From: a virus
DNA length: 64,000 bases
IMG/VR virus record: IMGVR_UViG_3300002461_000841
Span: 503 to 64,502 of that record
Reading direction: 5' to 3' (one strand)
The position numbers were made by a program, and so were the translations under genes. The notes under the pieces were generated by a model, which was not told the origin of the DNA, did no database searches, and was given only the letters and a program-made list of their open reading frames with translations. Shown here in pieces: positions 19,801-29,128 of the stretch. Each line of letters starts with the position of its first letter. Within the stretch, counting starts at the first letter, position 1.

Positions 19801-20039
19801 GACTTCGAGTCTTCGCGGATCAGTTTCACCGTACGGAACACGGTGATCAGCGCGGAGACGGCGACGGCGAACGTCGATACCAGCGAGAGTGCGAACACGC
19901 GATCGTTGTGGGCGTTCATCGTCGCCATGACGTCTTCGATCGAGGCCGGCGCGGTCTGAACGACGGGCACCGTCGGCATGGTCGACGTTCCGGCCGGCAG
20001 CGACGCGCGCGAGTCGCCGAGGCCCGTGATGATCATCAT
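19797..20039 (-). CDS. Small C-terminally anchored protein
   Basis: TGaTACGTT 7 nt before ATG; C-terminal hydrophobic helix. Confidence 0.55.
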   Translation of the reverse strand: MMIITGLGDSRASLPAGTSTMPTVPVVQTAPASIEDVMATMNAHNDRVFALSLVSTFAVAVSALITVFRTVKLIREDSKS

Positions 20040-20234
20040 GGGGTATAACGTATCATGGGCATATCGGACCACGTCGAACCGTTGCACGCCGCTGATTGTG
20101 ATCGCGGTGCAGGCCCGGAGTTTCGTGTTGGCGGGCGCCTGATCAGACTGACGGCGGGCTACACAATCGGTATCGACCTGAACACCCGCCAGCGCATCAC
20201 GCAATGCAATGCGTGCTCTGGTATCGCGGTCGAT

Positions 20235-20468
20235 CTACTTGCCGAGAGCGCTCGCGATGAGGCCGACGGTGAGCGCCACCACGAACGAGCCGCCACCGAC
20301 GAGCCCGATCAGGTCCCACCGGATGCGCGCTGACGTGATGGGCGCGCCGAGCCCGGCGAGCCGCGCGAAGTCACGCTGGTACGGGTTCATGACGACGGTG
20401 GCGCCGGCGAACTGCACCGTCGTGGTGCCGGGCGCGACGCCGACCGACTGCGCGAAACGGATGGCCAT
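20235..20468 (-). CDS. Small C-anchored protein carrying a copy of the putative capsid N-terminal motif
   Basis: VGVAPGTTTVQ; TAGGCT 6 nt before ATG; C-terminal TM. Confidence 0.65.
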   Translation of the reverse strand: MAIRFAQSVGVAPGTTTVQFAGATVVMNPYQRDFARLAGLGAPITSARIRWDLIGLVGGGSFVVALTVGLIASALGK

Positions 20469-20483
20469 GGGCTTAGCCTACCA

Positions 20484-20684
20484 TTAGCGCGCACGTCGCC
20501 GTTCGATACCGCAGGCTTCACTCTTGGCCGTGCGTTCGCTACGCACCATGAACGGAGTCCCACCACGTTCAAAGACCTGCCACAGACCCCGCTTGAACTG
20601 CGTGATCTTGACGTTGCCTTGCTTGGTCGTGAACTGCTTTTGGGTGGTGGTGCTGGTGTTACGGAGCGCGCACTGTTTGGCCAT
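20484..20684 (-). CDS. Small basic protein
   Basis: K/R-rich; TAGGCT 6 nt before ATG. Confidence 0.55.
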   Translation of the reverse strand: MAKQCALRNTSTTTQKQFTTKQGNVKITQFKRGLWQVFERGGTPFMVRSERTAKSEACGIERRRAR

Positions 20685-20693
20685 GCGCTCAGC

Positions 20694-20942
20694 CTACCAC
20701 TTGAACGGTAGGTGCTGCGTGCGCTTGTAGGCGATGAACCCGAGCCCGAGCCCTAGGCCGCCGACGAGGAGCGAACCGAGAATGTATGGCTCGATCGAGG
20801 CCTTGATGGTCGGGATGGCTTCCTCAGCGCCTGCCTTCGCTTGCGCGCGAATGTAGGCCTCGAACTCGGCGAGCTTCCGGTTGACGTTGGCGCCGCCAGG
20901 GATGAGCGCCAAGAGTTCCTTGAGGTCATCCTGAACCGCCAC
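20694..20942 (-). CDS. Small C-anchored protein
   Basis: Ends PYILGSLLVGGLGLGLGFIAYKRTQHLPFKW. Confidence 0.6.
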   Translation of the reverse strand: MAVQDDLKELLALIPGGANVNRKLAEFEAYIRAQAKAGAEEAIPTIKASIEPYILGSLLVGGLGLGLGFIAYKRTQHLPFKW

Positions 20943-20945
20943 GGG

Positions 20946-21224
20946 TTAGCCCTTGCTGCGCTTGTAGAGCTTGTAGCCGCCGAACGCGATGAGCGCGAGC
21001 CCGACGATGACAAGCCACGTCGGGAGCTGGCGGCCGAAGATGGTCATCGTTCCGCTCGAGGCGCTTCCCGCCGAGGCGCCCTGGGGCCAGAAGCCAGGGG
21101 TCACCGTCGGCGCTTGCGAGGCGAACAGGTTGCCCACGATGGTGTGGGTGGCCGCTGCGTTGAACGTCGCGGCGGTTGGAATGGCTCCGAGCTGGGAATC
21201 GTCGACGGGCTTCATGATCATCAT
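20946..21224 (-). CDS. Small C-anchored protein
   Basis: Ends PTWLVIVGLALIAFGGYKLYKRSKG. Confidence 0.6.
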   Translation of the reverse strand: MMIMKPVDDSQLGAIPTAATFNAAATHTIVGNLFASQAPTVTPGFWPQGASAGSASSGTMTIFGRQLPTWLVIVGLALIAFGGYKLYKRSKG

Positions 21225-21226
21225 AG

Positions 21227-21466
21227 CTACTTGACCTTCTTCTTGTAGAGCGCGACACCGCCGACGCCGCCGGCAACGAGGAGGCCGATGCCCCACCACT
21301 TCTTGTACCAGGGCGTTGTCGCCGCGTTGATCGCGGCCTGGATGTTGGCCCCCGCAGCGGCGAACACCTGCTTGGGCTGGGATTGGTAGAATGCGACGCA
21401 GACGGGGTCATTCGGCGCGATCGCGCAGATGTCCGTCTCGCCGAGCGAGCGCCCCATGAGCAGCAT
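21227..21466 (-). CDS. Small C-anchored protein
   Basis: Ends PWYKKWWGIGLLVAGGVGGVALYKKKVK; TAATG coupling. Confidence 0.6.
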   Translation of the reverse strand: MLLMGRSLGETDICAIAPNDPVCVAFYQSQPKQVFAAAGANIQAAINAATTPWYKKWWGIGLLVAGGVGGVALYKKKVK

Positions 21467-21963
21467 TACGCTGCCGCCTTGCGCGGGGCCAGCACGAGCT
21501 TGTACGTGCCGAAGCCGAGGAGCGCGATGAGCACGATGCCGATGGGCGTCTTGTACCAGCCCGGCGCGAAGAACCCGACCGTGGTCGGCGTCGGCGCTGT
21601 GGGGGTGGTCGGCGCCGGGGGGTTCTGGCGGAACTTCACGGCCGCCGTGTTCGCGGCGACGGTGAGGGGGCCCGCGTACTGCGTGATCAGCGACTTCGCC
21701 TGTGAGGTGCTGCCGCCAACCGCGAGGCCAGCCTGCAGCACGACGTAGAGCCATGTCGGAAGCTGTTCGGAGAGGAGCCCAAGTGCGGCGGTCACGGCCG
21801 CGATGGTCTGGGATCCGACGATGCCGTCGATCGGCCCAGGGTTGATAGCGGGGCGAAGGGTCGCTTTCGCGAGGTTCGCGAGCGCGGTCTGCAGGCCAGA
21901 CACCGACGATGAGCCGCCGAGCTGGACGCCATGCCCCGCATCTTGAAGGCCGTAGTGCAACAT
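21466..21963 (-). CDS. Peptidoglycan-binding-domain protein with C-terminal anchor
   Basis: VSGLQTAL...PGPIDGIVGSQTIAAV (PG_binding_1 pattern); C-terminal TM. Confidence 0.65.
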   Translation of the reverse strand: MLHYGLQDAGHGVQLGGSSSVSGLQTALANLAKATLRPAINPGPIDGIVGSQTIAAVTAALGLLSEQLPTWLYVVLQAGLAVGGSTSQAKSLITQYAGPLTVAANTAAVKFRQNPPAPTTPTAPTPTTVGFFAPGWYKTPIGIVLIALLGFGTYKLVLAPRKAAA

Positions 21964-21990
21964 GGCCCTCAGCCTATCACGAGTCGCGCG

Positions 21991-23466
21991 TTAGCTTTTG
22001 CCGCTCGCTAGGATGGCCCCCGCCGCGAGTGCGCCACCGACGATGATGGGCCACGGGACGGTAGACGCCGCTTCGGTGGTCTCGGTGAACTCTTCGGGGA
22101 TCGGGGTTGGCGCGGGCGGCTGGGTCCAGAATTTACACCACGTCGAGATGGCGACATTGGCGGCCGTCACGGCGGCCTGCTCGGCGCTCGTCGGTGGGGT
22201 GCACTTGCAGAGGGCCTCACCCGGCTTGCACGTCTTGCCAGTGCTCTGATTTGAGCAAAGCGTCGACGCCAGCGAGGTGTTGTGCGACTGGATCGCGGTC
22301 TGGTTGGCGCAGATCATGTCGCCCATGGACCGCATCAGGCTAGCGAGCCCGTCGATGGCATCCTGATACCAGGCCTTGTCGTAGGGCGTGATCTTGAACG
22401 TGTAGCGCCGCGCGGCCCCGACGATCACGGAGATGTTGCGATAGCCCCCCATGGCGACGTTCAACCGGAAGGCTTGGCCGTCCTTGGTCTTGCAGAACTC
22501 GTGGCCCTTCTTGTTCGGTCCGCGCCCGAACGTCGGCATGAACTTCGTTTGTGCTGGGTACTCGCCACGAAGCACCGTGGCGTCGAGGAAGTAGCCGCCG
22601 CGCTCGAGGTACGCGAGGGCGCCCCCCTGATTTTTGCGTTCGGAGATCGAGGGGGCGATTGGGTTCAAGCTGTAGCCGGGGTAGTCGACAACCCAGCGAC
22701 CACTGGCGAGGAGCTCGTCAACAGAGTGAAACTTGGTGACCGTCTCGAGGCGCCCGCCGCCGGCGGTGTAGATCTTGACCCCTTTCGAGAACACGTTAAC
22801 GAGGCCTGATGGGCGGCTCGCCGATCCGGTCAGGTTGTCTTCGATACCGTCATCATTCAGGTCCCAGTCGATCTGGTCGCCGAACACGTCACGCGTGATG
22901 TTCGCCTGCGATCGAATGTAGAGCTGGAAGTCGACGGCGAACTGTTGATCGGTCGTGAGTGTTTGGGCAGTAGTGAACGCTTCGGTCTGCAAGCTCGTGA
23001 TCGGGAACGCGACTGTGTTCCAGGCGAAGAAGCCGTAGGGCACAAGCAACGTGTCGATCCCAAAGCTGCCGGCGGTGTAGGGCCATCCGTAACGGTACGG
23101 GGTGCTGAAACTCTTGGCGTTCGATCCGCAGTCCACCGTGGCCACGGCGGCAAGCGCGCGGCTAACAGCCTTGAGGCGTTCGGCGCGCTTCAACACGAAC
23201 TGGCCGTGTGCACGCTGGATCTCGGCGCGGGTGTCGCCGGCCGTCGAGATCTTGGGCATGCACATGAACCCGTTGGGGCCCGGAGTGCCGGGGACGCCGG
23301 CGCGCGCGCGCTGCCAGTGGCCCGCTACGGTGGCCGTAGCCGTTGCCCATGTGTACCCGGGGGGCGGATTCCCACAGGCGACCTCGGTCGCATTGGGGGT
23401 AGATGCTGCCGCGGCAATGACCTGGGCGGCATCGGCGCCGTCCTTGATGAAGTCGAAAAGGCCCAT
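21991..23466 (-). CDS. Large C-anchored putative virion protein with Cys-rich segment
   Basis: LCSNQSTGKTCKPGEALCKC...WCKFW; ends VPWPIIVGGALAAGAILASGKS. Confidence 0.65.
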   Translation of the reverse strand: MGLFDFIKDGADAAQVIAAAASTPNATEVACGNPPPGYTWATATATVAGHWQRARAGVPGTPGPNGFMCMPKISTAGDTRAEIQRAHGQFVLKRAERLKAVSRALAAVATVDCGSNAKSFSTPYRYGWPYTAGSFGIDTLLVPYGFFAWNTVAFPITSLQTEAFTTAQTLTTDQQFAVDFQLYIRSQANITRDVFGDQIDWDLNDDGIEDNLTGSASRPSGLVNVFSKGVKIYTAGGGRLETVTKFHSVDELLASGRWVVDYPGYSLNPIAPSISERKNQGGALAYLERGGYFLDATVLRGEYPAQTKFMPTFGRGPNKKGHEFCKTKDGQAFRLNVAMGGYRNISVIVGAARRYTFKITPYDKAWYQDAIDGLASLMRSMGDMICANQTAIQSHNTSLASTLCSNQSTGKTCKPGEALCKCTPPTSAEQAAVTAANVAISTWCKFWTQPPAPTPIPEEFTETTEAASTVPWPIIVGGALAAGAILASGKS

Positions 23467-23504
23467 CGGTGATGTCAGCCTATCACGTGGTACGCTCGAC
23501 CTTT

Positions 23505-25178
23505 ATGAAGCCCATCTCGGCGCAGCAGCGCAATCAGGTCGCATGGGTCTCGGGCGCCGCGGGTGTCGCCCTCCTCATCCTCGGCGGTGCGATGTACGCC
23601 CGCGAGCGCAAGCTTGGCCGCTCCGGGGGCGGACTTGGGCGCGGCGCGCGCGTCGCGCAGGCCCCGATCCTGAACACGTACTCCGACGGCAACATGCGCG
23701 CGGTGCTCCGCGGCGCGCCCGAGATGCCGATCGAGCAGCGCGTGGCGACGATTCAGGAGCTCATCGAGAAGTCGATCCAGGATCCGCAGATGCGCAAGGT
23801 CGCGCTCGAGGCCACGCGCAACTGCCCCGAGCGCGATGGGCTATGCGAGGCCAAGGCGATCTACGACTACGTCAAGAAGCGCGTCCGCTACACGGGCGAC
23901 ATCGCGCCGATCAAGTGGGCCGATGGCACCGTCGATGGCGTCGACCTCTACCAGACCGCGCGCCGCACGCTCGAGTTCGGTGGGGGTGACTGCTTGCCGA
24001 TCTCCGCACTCGTTCTGACCGACAACTACGAGCTGGTGCCGCTCATCGAGCTGGAGCCCGGACACCGCATCATGGGTGATGGCGGTTGGGCGACAGTGCA
24101 GGATCGCTGGCTGACGGGCGAGAAGCGTCTGCTCGCGTTCGAGCTCTCGAACGGGTGCGTGCTGCGCTGCACGCCCGAGCATCGCATCTTCCGCAACGTC
24201 GCCGGGCGCGTCGAGGAGATTCGTGCGAGCGAGGCGCGTCCTGGCGATGACCTCGTGATGGCCGACAAGATTCCAGTGGCCGGCGAGGATGGCCACGAGT
24301 GGCCAGAGGTCGCGCGGGGGCTCACCGACGACGAGCGCTCGTGGTTGCTCGGTACGTTCGTCGCTGACGGATGGGCCGATGGGAAACAGACCAAGGAAGG
24401 CTTTGCGCCATACCGCATCGGCATCTCCGGCCGTGACGGGCAGCTCAAGGAAGCGCAGAAGCGTGAAGTCGAGGCGCTCATGGCCAAGATCGGCGTCGCT
24501 ACGCGTTGGCATGAGAAGTACATCGCGGTCAACGATTCGGCGTTGGCGTGCTTCTTCGCGGGTGCCGGCAAGCTCGCGCGTAACAAGCACGTGCAGTCGC
24601 TCAAGCAAGTTTCCGAGGATCAGGTCCACGCACTCATCCGGGGCCTAGCTGCGGACGCTGACAACCGCAATGGTGTGTTCGGTACGACATCCGTGAAGCT
24701 CGCGTTGCAGCTTCGGGTGCTCCATCGCATGGTCGGATTCGGTACGCACATCAGTCGCGTCGACAACCACGGCGGGCTCGGAACGCATCCGGTTTATCGG
24801 GTGACGCCGCGCTTTGTCGCCGAGCGGCGTGATCATGAGTTCGCACGGATTCGTGCCATCGCTGATGGTGGCGTGGAGCTCTGCATGGACCTCACCACCG
24901 ACACGGGCAAGTTCTGGTTGCCAGAGTCGGACGTGCTCGTGCACAACTGTGACGACCACACGATCCTCACGTCGACCCTGCTCGCGCTCAACGGCGTCAC
25001 GCCGCGGATCCGCGTGACCAAGGAGTCGCGTCGCGGCGACTGGTCGCACATCTACGTCGGGGCGCTCCTGCCGAAGTTCGGCGCCGGCAAGTTCGTCGCC
25101 GTCGACACCACGCTGCCGGGTGACGCGAGTTTCGGCGTTGAAGCTCCGTACGCCAAGCACGTCGATTTCGACGCGTAG
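23505..25178 (+). CDS. Membrane-anchored transglutaminase-like (papain-fold) enzyme interrupted by an intein
   Basis: N-terminal TM; spliced GGD|CDD, WSHIY, VDTT give a Cys-His-Asp triad. Confidence 0.8.
   Translation: MKPISAQQRNQVAWVSGAAGVALLILGGAMYARERKLGRSGGGLGRGARVAQAPILNTYSDGNMRAVLRGAPEMPIEQRVATIQELIEKSIQDPQMRKVALEATRNCPERDGLCEAKAIYDYVKKRVRYTGDIAPIKWADGTVDGVDLYQTARRTLEFGGGDCLPISALVLTDNYELVPLIELEPGHRIMGDGGWATVQDRWLTGEKRLLAFELSNGCVLRCTPEHRIFRNVAGRVEEIRASEARPGDDLVMADKIPVAGEDGHEWPEVARGLTDDERSWLLGTFVADGWADGKQTKEGFAPYRIGISGRDGQLKEAQKREVEALMAKIGVATRWHEKYIAVNDSALACFFAGAGKLARNKHVQSLKQVSEDQVHALIRGLAADADNRNGVFGTTSVKLALQLRVLHRMVGFGTHISRVDNHGGLGTHPVYRVTPRFVAERRDHEFARIRAIADGGVELCMDLTTDTGKFWLPESDVLVHNCDDHTILTSTLLALNGVTPRIRVTKESRRGDWSHIYVGALLPKFGAGKFVAVDTTLPGDASFGVEAPYAKHVDFDA
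23991..24947 (+). mobile_element. 319-aa intein with LAGLIDADG-type endonuclease region
   Basis: Starts CLPIS, block B CTPEHRIF, LLGTFVADG and IRGLAADAD, ends VLVHN followed by Cys. Confidence 0.92.
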
Positions 25179-25394
25179 CTAGCGCTTGCAGGCGACCGCG
25201 GCGCGCGCGCCCTTGGTCGTGATCTCGTAGTGCTTGCTCTTGGGCGAAATGCGCTTGATGTAGCCGCCTCGCACGAGCTTGCTGACCGATCCTTTGGGGG
25301 CGCGGCGCGAGATGTCGCTCGCCGGGAAGGAATGCCCCCGTTGAAGCGAAATGGTGCGAGCGAGCTGCAGCAGCGAGCAACTGACGTTTGCCAT
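25179..25394 (-). CDS. Small basic protein, winged-helix-like
   Basis: VSKLVRGGYIKR...YEITTKG; TACGTT 5 nt before ATG. Confidence 0.5.
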   Translation of the reverse strand: MANVSCSLLQLARTISLQRGHSFPASDISRRAPKGSVSKLVRGGYIKRISPKSKHYEITTKGARAAVACKR

Positions 25395-25424
25395 GCCTCA
25401 ACGTAACACGATAGGCTGAGCACC

Positions 25425-25841
25425 ATGTTTCAGCTCGCCGGTACCGAGATCGAGACCAGCACGCTCAACTCCGAGATTGATGGCCTGATCAGCCGCTACG
25501 GCGACCCCAGCCGGGTCGATAGCTCGGCGGTCGCCAACTTCCTCGAGCTGTACCCCGCCAGCCAGCGTGACCTTGTCGGGCGCGCGCTGGTCGGCAAGGG
25601 CATCTCGAACGTCGCTGTCGCCAACGCGCTCCGGTGGAACGACACCACGAGCGCGTTCGCGCGGAACAAGAGCACGATCCTCGGCGTGCTCTCGCTCGCG
25701 AGCGCGGCAGCGTGCGGCTTCCACGGCTACCGCCGCAACAACTCGTACGGCTGGGCGGCGGCCTGGTTCATCCTCGGGGGCATCTTCCCCGTGTTCACCC
25801 CTGTCGTGGCCCTTGCCCAAGGGTTTGGCAAGCCCAAGTAG
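25425..25841 (+). CDS. Membrane protein with two C-terminal helices
   Basis: TAGGCT 7 nt before ATG; two hydrophobic segments around YRRN. Confidence 0.65.
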   Translation: MFQLAGTEIETSTLNSEIDGLISRYGDPSRVDSSAVANFLELYPASQRDLVGRALVGKGISNVAVANALRWNDTTSAFARNKSTILGVLSLASAAACGFHGYRRNNSYGWAAAWFILGGIFPVFTPVVALAQGFGKPK

Positions 25842-25863
25842 CCTCGTGATAGCGTAAGCGCTC

Positions 25864-26193
25864 ATGGCGAAGAACACCTTCATGAGTGGCCGGCTCAAGA
25901 TCAACGTCGGCTTCAACGATCGCACTGATTCCTATCGGGTGCGGTTGTGCCCGACCCCGGTGACGCGTCCGGCGAACCGCAAGGAGTTCCCGTGCCAGAC
26001 CGTGACGGTGAGCCTACCCAAAGCCGGCGCGCGTAGCCGCCATGGCAAACGTCTGGCCGTCGACGATCCACGCGCATTCATGAGCGCCGCGAAGGCTGGT
26101 ATCTCGTTCGCGCGGCAGGACATCCAAGACTTCGCTGATTGGAAGGGGCACGGCGCTGTCGTGCGCCCGCCGAAGCGCAAGCGTCGCCGGTAG
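25864..26193 (+). CDS. Basic hypothetical protein
   Basis: TGaTAGCGT 8 nt before ATG; ends PPKRKRRR. Confidence 0.6.
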   Translation: MAKNTFMSGRLKINVGFNDRTDSYRVRLCPTPVTRPANRKEFPCQTVTVSLPKAGARSRHGKRLAVDDPRAFMSAAKAGISFARQDIQDFADWKGHGAVVRPPKRKRRR

Positions 26194-26216
26194 CCGCTCG
26201 TGGTACCCTGGGCGGC

Positions 26217-26447
26217 ATGCTGATCGCCAAGCCCGTCGCCACCATCATGCCGCACGAGTCCACCCAGCTCTCGGGGCCGCGCCTCGGCTACGTGAGCGCG
26301 CAGGAGTGGCTCGGCGCGCCGCCTGCCGGCAGCCTCGCCGGCGTGTTCGATTCGTGGGCCTGGACCAACCGCAAGTGGCTCGCGCTCGGCGGCGTCGGCC
26401 TCGTCCTCGCCGCGATCGGGACCGCGCTCACCGGCGGCCTCAAGTAG
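26217..26447 (+). CDS. Small C-anchored protein
   Basis: TGgTACCCT 7 nt before ATG; ends KWLALGGVGLVLAAIGTALTGGLK. Confidence 0.6.
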   Translation: MLIAKPVATIMPHESTQLSGPRLGYVSAQEWLGAPPAGSLAGVFDSWAWTNRKWLALGGVGLVLAAIGTALTGGLK

Positions 26448-26810
26448 ATGCTGCGCTACGGGCTCAACGGGCACCGCACACCGGGGCTCGGATCGACGTT
26501 CACCGACGCGCAGGCGATTGCCGATGCCCTCGAGCGCGATCCGAACGGTGAAGGCTTCGAGCGGGCGTTCGCGATCCTCGCCAACTACGTCGGCGGGGAC
26601 CTGCAGCTCGTAGCGAACAAGGCGATCGCGCTCGGGGCGCGCCCAGACCTGATCAAGATCATGCTCGATAGCCTAGGCGGCGAGACGATCGAGGTGGTCG
26701 GGACCGCGCCGAGCTCGACGGCGGTGAAGGTCGGCAAGCTCGCGCTCGGTGCCGCCATCGTTGCTGGCCTCGGCGCGGGGCTTGTCGCCTACTCGCGGCG
26801 TGGGGCGTAG
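26448..26810 (+). CDS. C-anchored protein
   Basis: Ends KLALGAAIVAGLGAGLVAYSRRGA. Confidence 0.6.
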   Translation: MLRYGLNGHRTPGLGSTFTDAQAIADALERDPNGEGFERAFAILANYVGGDLQLVANKAIALGARPDLIKIMLDSLGGETIEVVGTAPSSTAVKVGKLALGAAIVAGLGAGLVAYSRRGA

Positions 26811-27382
26811 CTGATCGTGACGCCGTTGAAGTTCACGTAGCTGTCGCGTTGAGCCCAATGCGTCGCCGGGCCGGTACCGAATACAACCTGATGTCGGGCG
26901 GCGTCGTAGTTCTGGTAGTTCGTGAACACGACAAGCACCGGGGTGTATGCACGGGCTTGGATCGCGTCGAACGGTATGTGCGGCTGATAGGCGCCGAACA
27001 GCACCATTTGGTTTGAGCGTTCCTCGGGGCAGCTTCGCGATCCGAACACGGCGGGCGCGTCGGGGTCATCTGGGCGCGTCATGCCGAACGCCCAACGATT
27101 GGCGTCGTAGAACGAGACCACGCCACGAGTGAACGTGTTGGGGATGCCCGAGAACACCATCGGCGGCTCCGTCTCGCGATGGTTCTGGAAGAAGGCCTTG
27201 TTGTAGGCGCTACCGTGCGTACCGCACCCAGTGAATTGCACGATCGTGGGCCCGATCGGGGTCTCGCCGATCTTGTTGGCGAGTAGCTCCTCGAGCTTGA
27301 TGACGACGTAGCCGCTGCCCACGATGTGGTGAAACCCTCCGGGGCACTCGCGCAGCACGCTGAGGGCGTCGGCCCACGCCAT
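26789..27382 (-). CDS. Hypothetical protein
   Basis: Globular composition; TGATG coupling. Confidence 0.55.
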   Translation of the reverse strand: MAWADALSVLRECPGGFHHIVGSGYVVIKLEELLANKIGETPIGPTIVQFTGCGTHGSAYNKAFFQNHRETEPPMVFSGIPNTFTRGVVSFYDANRWAFGMTRPDDPDAPAVFGSRSCPEERSNQMVLFGAYQPHIPFDAIQARAYTPVLVVFTNYQNYDAARHQVVFGTGPATHWAQRDSYVNFNGVTISYAPRRE

Positions 27383-27774
27383 CAGTTGAGCCGCTCGGGT
27401 GCGACCTCGCGCGGCGCGACTTCGCCGTGCGTTAGCGTGAGCTGATCGGTCAGCATCTTGACCACGTGCTCGGTCGAGAGTTTGGTCTCGTTGCAGTAAG
27501 CGCTGATCGCGAGCACGAGCGTGCGCGTGGCGTCCGTGGGGAACAGGATCAGTGCATCAGCGCCCGTGACCTCCTCAGGCAGCCCCAACGCTTCGGCCAT
27601 GAGCGTCGCGCCGGCCGTCGTCACGAACGTGGCGAACTCCTGCGCCTGGGCCTTCGTCGAGAGCTGCATCACGCCGCGGCGAATGGCCGCGTCAACACTA
27701 GCGATGGCCGTGCGACGGCGGCGTGCGAGCGTCGACACGACGCGGCGCTTGCGCTTGGTGATCGGTTTGGCCAT
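27382..27774 (-). CDS. Hypothetical protein, basic N-terminus
   Basis: Box+TAGCGT 7 nt before ATG 27774. Confidence 0.55.
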   Translation of the reverse strand: MAKPITKRKRRVVSTLARRRRTAIASVDAAIRRGVMQLSTKAQAQEFATFVTTAGATLMAEALGLPEEVTGADALILFPTDATRTLVLAISAYCNETKLSTEHVVKMLTDQLTLTHGEVAPREVAPERLN

Positions 27775-27781
27775 GGGGAGA

Positions 27782-27809
27782 ACGCTATCACGTAGGCCTG
27801 ACAGGCCTA
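27782..27809 (-). promoter_or_regulatory. TGWCA-box promoter within a perfect 17-bp dyad
   Basis: TAGGCCTG-A-CAGGCCTA; CTGTCA-11-TAGCGT, ATG 7 nt later. Confidence 0.65.
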
Positions 27810-28382
27810 GCGGCGGTTTCTCCGCTGCATCGACGCGATCACGTCCTCGGGCACGTAGCGCAGCGTGCGCCCGCCACCACGTAGCGACGGGATCTCGCCC
27901 GCCTTCGTCATGCGGCGCACCGTAGGTACGCTGACGCCAAGAATCTCGGCCATGCGCTCGATGTCGACGACGGCCTCGTTGATGCCGCCCGGGTGCGTGG
28001 CCGCTAGCAGCTCTTGGATCGCCGCTTGGCCGATGTGCTGGATGTACGCAAGGAGATCCGCCACCGGATGGAACCAATCATCGCGAATGCGCGCCGCCTC
28101 ATACTGTTCACCGATCGCCTCGGCGTGCTCGAGGGGCGTCATGGTCGAGACGAGCCCAATCAGCATCGGGTCGAACGGGTTGTCACGTGCGAGCTCAGCG
28201 AGCCGGCGGCCGATGTGCGTGCCCTTGGCGCCCTCGATCTTGATCGGGCCTGCACCGCCGGGCGGCGAGACCTGGACGAACATCACCCACGCTTGCCCGT
28301 TGCCGCTCGCGTGGGGCGCGAATGCGGAGGCAGTGGTCGGGCTGACGATGAGCATTGGGGACGCGTGATCACTCGTGATCAA
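27807..28382 (-). CDS. Degenerate T5orf172/GIY-YIG-like domain fused to an excisionase-type HTH
   Basis: GPIKI...RRLAEL...RIRDDWF; MAEILGVSVPTVRRMTKAGEIP...LRY. Confidence 0.6.
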   Translation of the reverse strand: MITSDHASPMLIVSPTTASAFAPHASGNGQAWVMFVQVSPPGGAGPIKIEGAKGTHIGRRLAELARDNPFDPMLIGLVSTMTPLEHAEAIGEQYEAARIRDDWFHPVADLLAYIQHIGQAAIQELLAATHPGGINEAVVDIERMAEILGVSVPTVRRMTKAGEIPSLRGGGRTLRYVPEDVIASMQRRNRR

Positions 28383-28474
28383 TCGAGCCGCCCCCGGCGC
28401 GAATGGATTCGACTAGTTGAGCATCTACGAGTGAGCATGCGTCGTCAAATGCCTACGTAACCAATTGGAATGAT

Positions 28475-28503
28475 TTGACATTTCACTCACGTGCGCGTAG
28501 TGT
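28475..28503 (+). promoter_or_regulatory. Consensus sigma70-type promoter for the capsid cluster
   Basis: TTGACA-17 nt-TAGTGT, ATG 8 nt downstream. Confidence 0.75.
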
Positions 28504-28511
28504 TCTTGACC

Positions 28512-28901
28512 ATGGCGCTCATCATTCGGCAGGACAACCCGGGCTCGCCCATCCGTCCGGATCGCGTCTACGCGACGGGGGTCATCTCGCCGATGAGCGG
28601 ATTCTATCCGCCGAGCTCTGCCCAGCGTGTGCTACAGGCGTTCACGTCCGGCGCGCTGGGCTCGCCGACACTCATGGGGCCCCTCGCGCGCCTCGGGTAC
28701 CGCGTGCGTGCGTTCTTCGCCGCGCGGCGCGCCCGTGCCTTCTCGAACCTCTCCGGCGGCAACGTCGAGGCGCTCCACGCGCAGCGCGTGGCGCCGCAGA
28801 TCGCGCAGCAGGTTCGTGTCCTCGATCGCATCGCGTCGGGCCCCGCGGGCTCGTCGTCGGCGATGGTCGCGCGCAGCAACATCTTTGGGCGTCGGTACTA
28901 G
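28512..28901 (+). CDS. Putative virion protein
   Basis: First gene after the consensus promoter. Confidence 0.55.
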   Translation: MALIIRQDNPGSPIRPDRVYATGVISPMSGFYPPSSAQRVLQAFTSGALGSPTLMGPLARLGYRVRAFFAARRARAFSNLSGGNVEALHAQRVAPQIAQQVRVLDRIASGPAGSSSAMVARSNIFGRRY

Positions 28902-28904
28902 GTC

Positions 28905-29087
28905 ATGGCGAAGGTCATGACGCTCTCTGGCGCCGGTGACCTCGGTGCCCCGCCCAAGCAGGGCGAATGCAAGATGGTCTGCAACACGCGTACGGGGCGC
29001 GCCGCGAAGCTCTGCTTTGTCGGGAAGTCCTCGAAGAATCGAAGCGGCTGGCAGTTCGTAAAGGGCGGCGGCCAGCGCTGCAAGTAA
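28905..29087 (+). CDS. Small basic Cys-containing protein
   Basis: 4 Cys, K/R-rich. Confidence 0.5.
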   Translation: MAKVMTLSGAGDLGAPPKQGECKMVCNTRTGRAAKLCFVGKSSKNRSGWQFVKGGGQRCK

Positions 29088-29128
29088 GTCCGTCACCCTC
29101 AACCCCAGTCAAGGAAGGTACACGTCAA

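Noticed and set aside
27807-28382. Integration module implied by an excisionase-like HTH
   Set aside because: No tyrosine or serine integrase or att-like junction in the window
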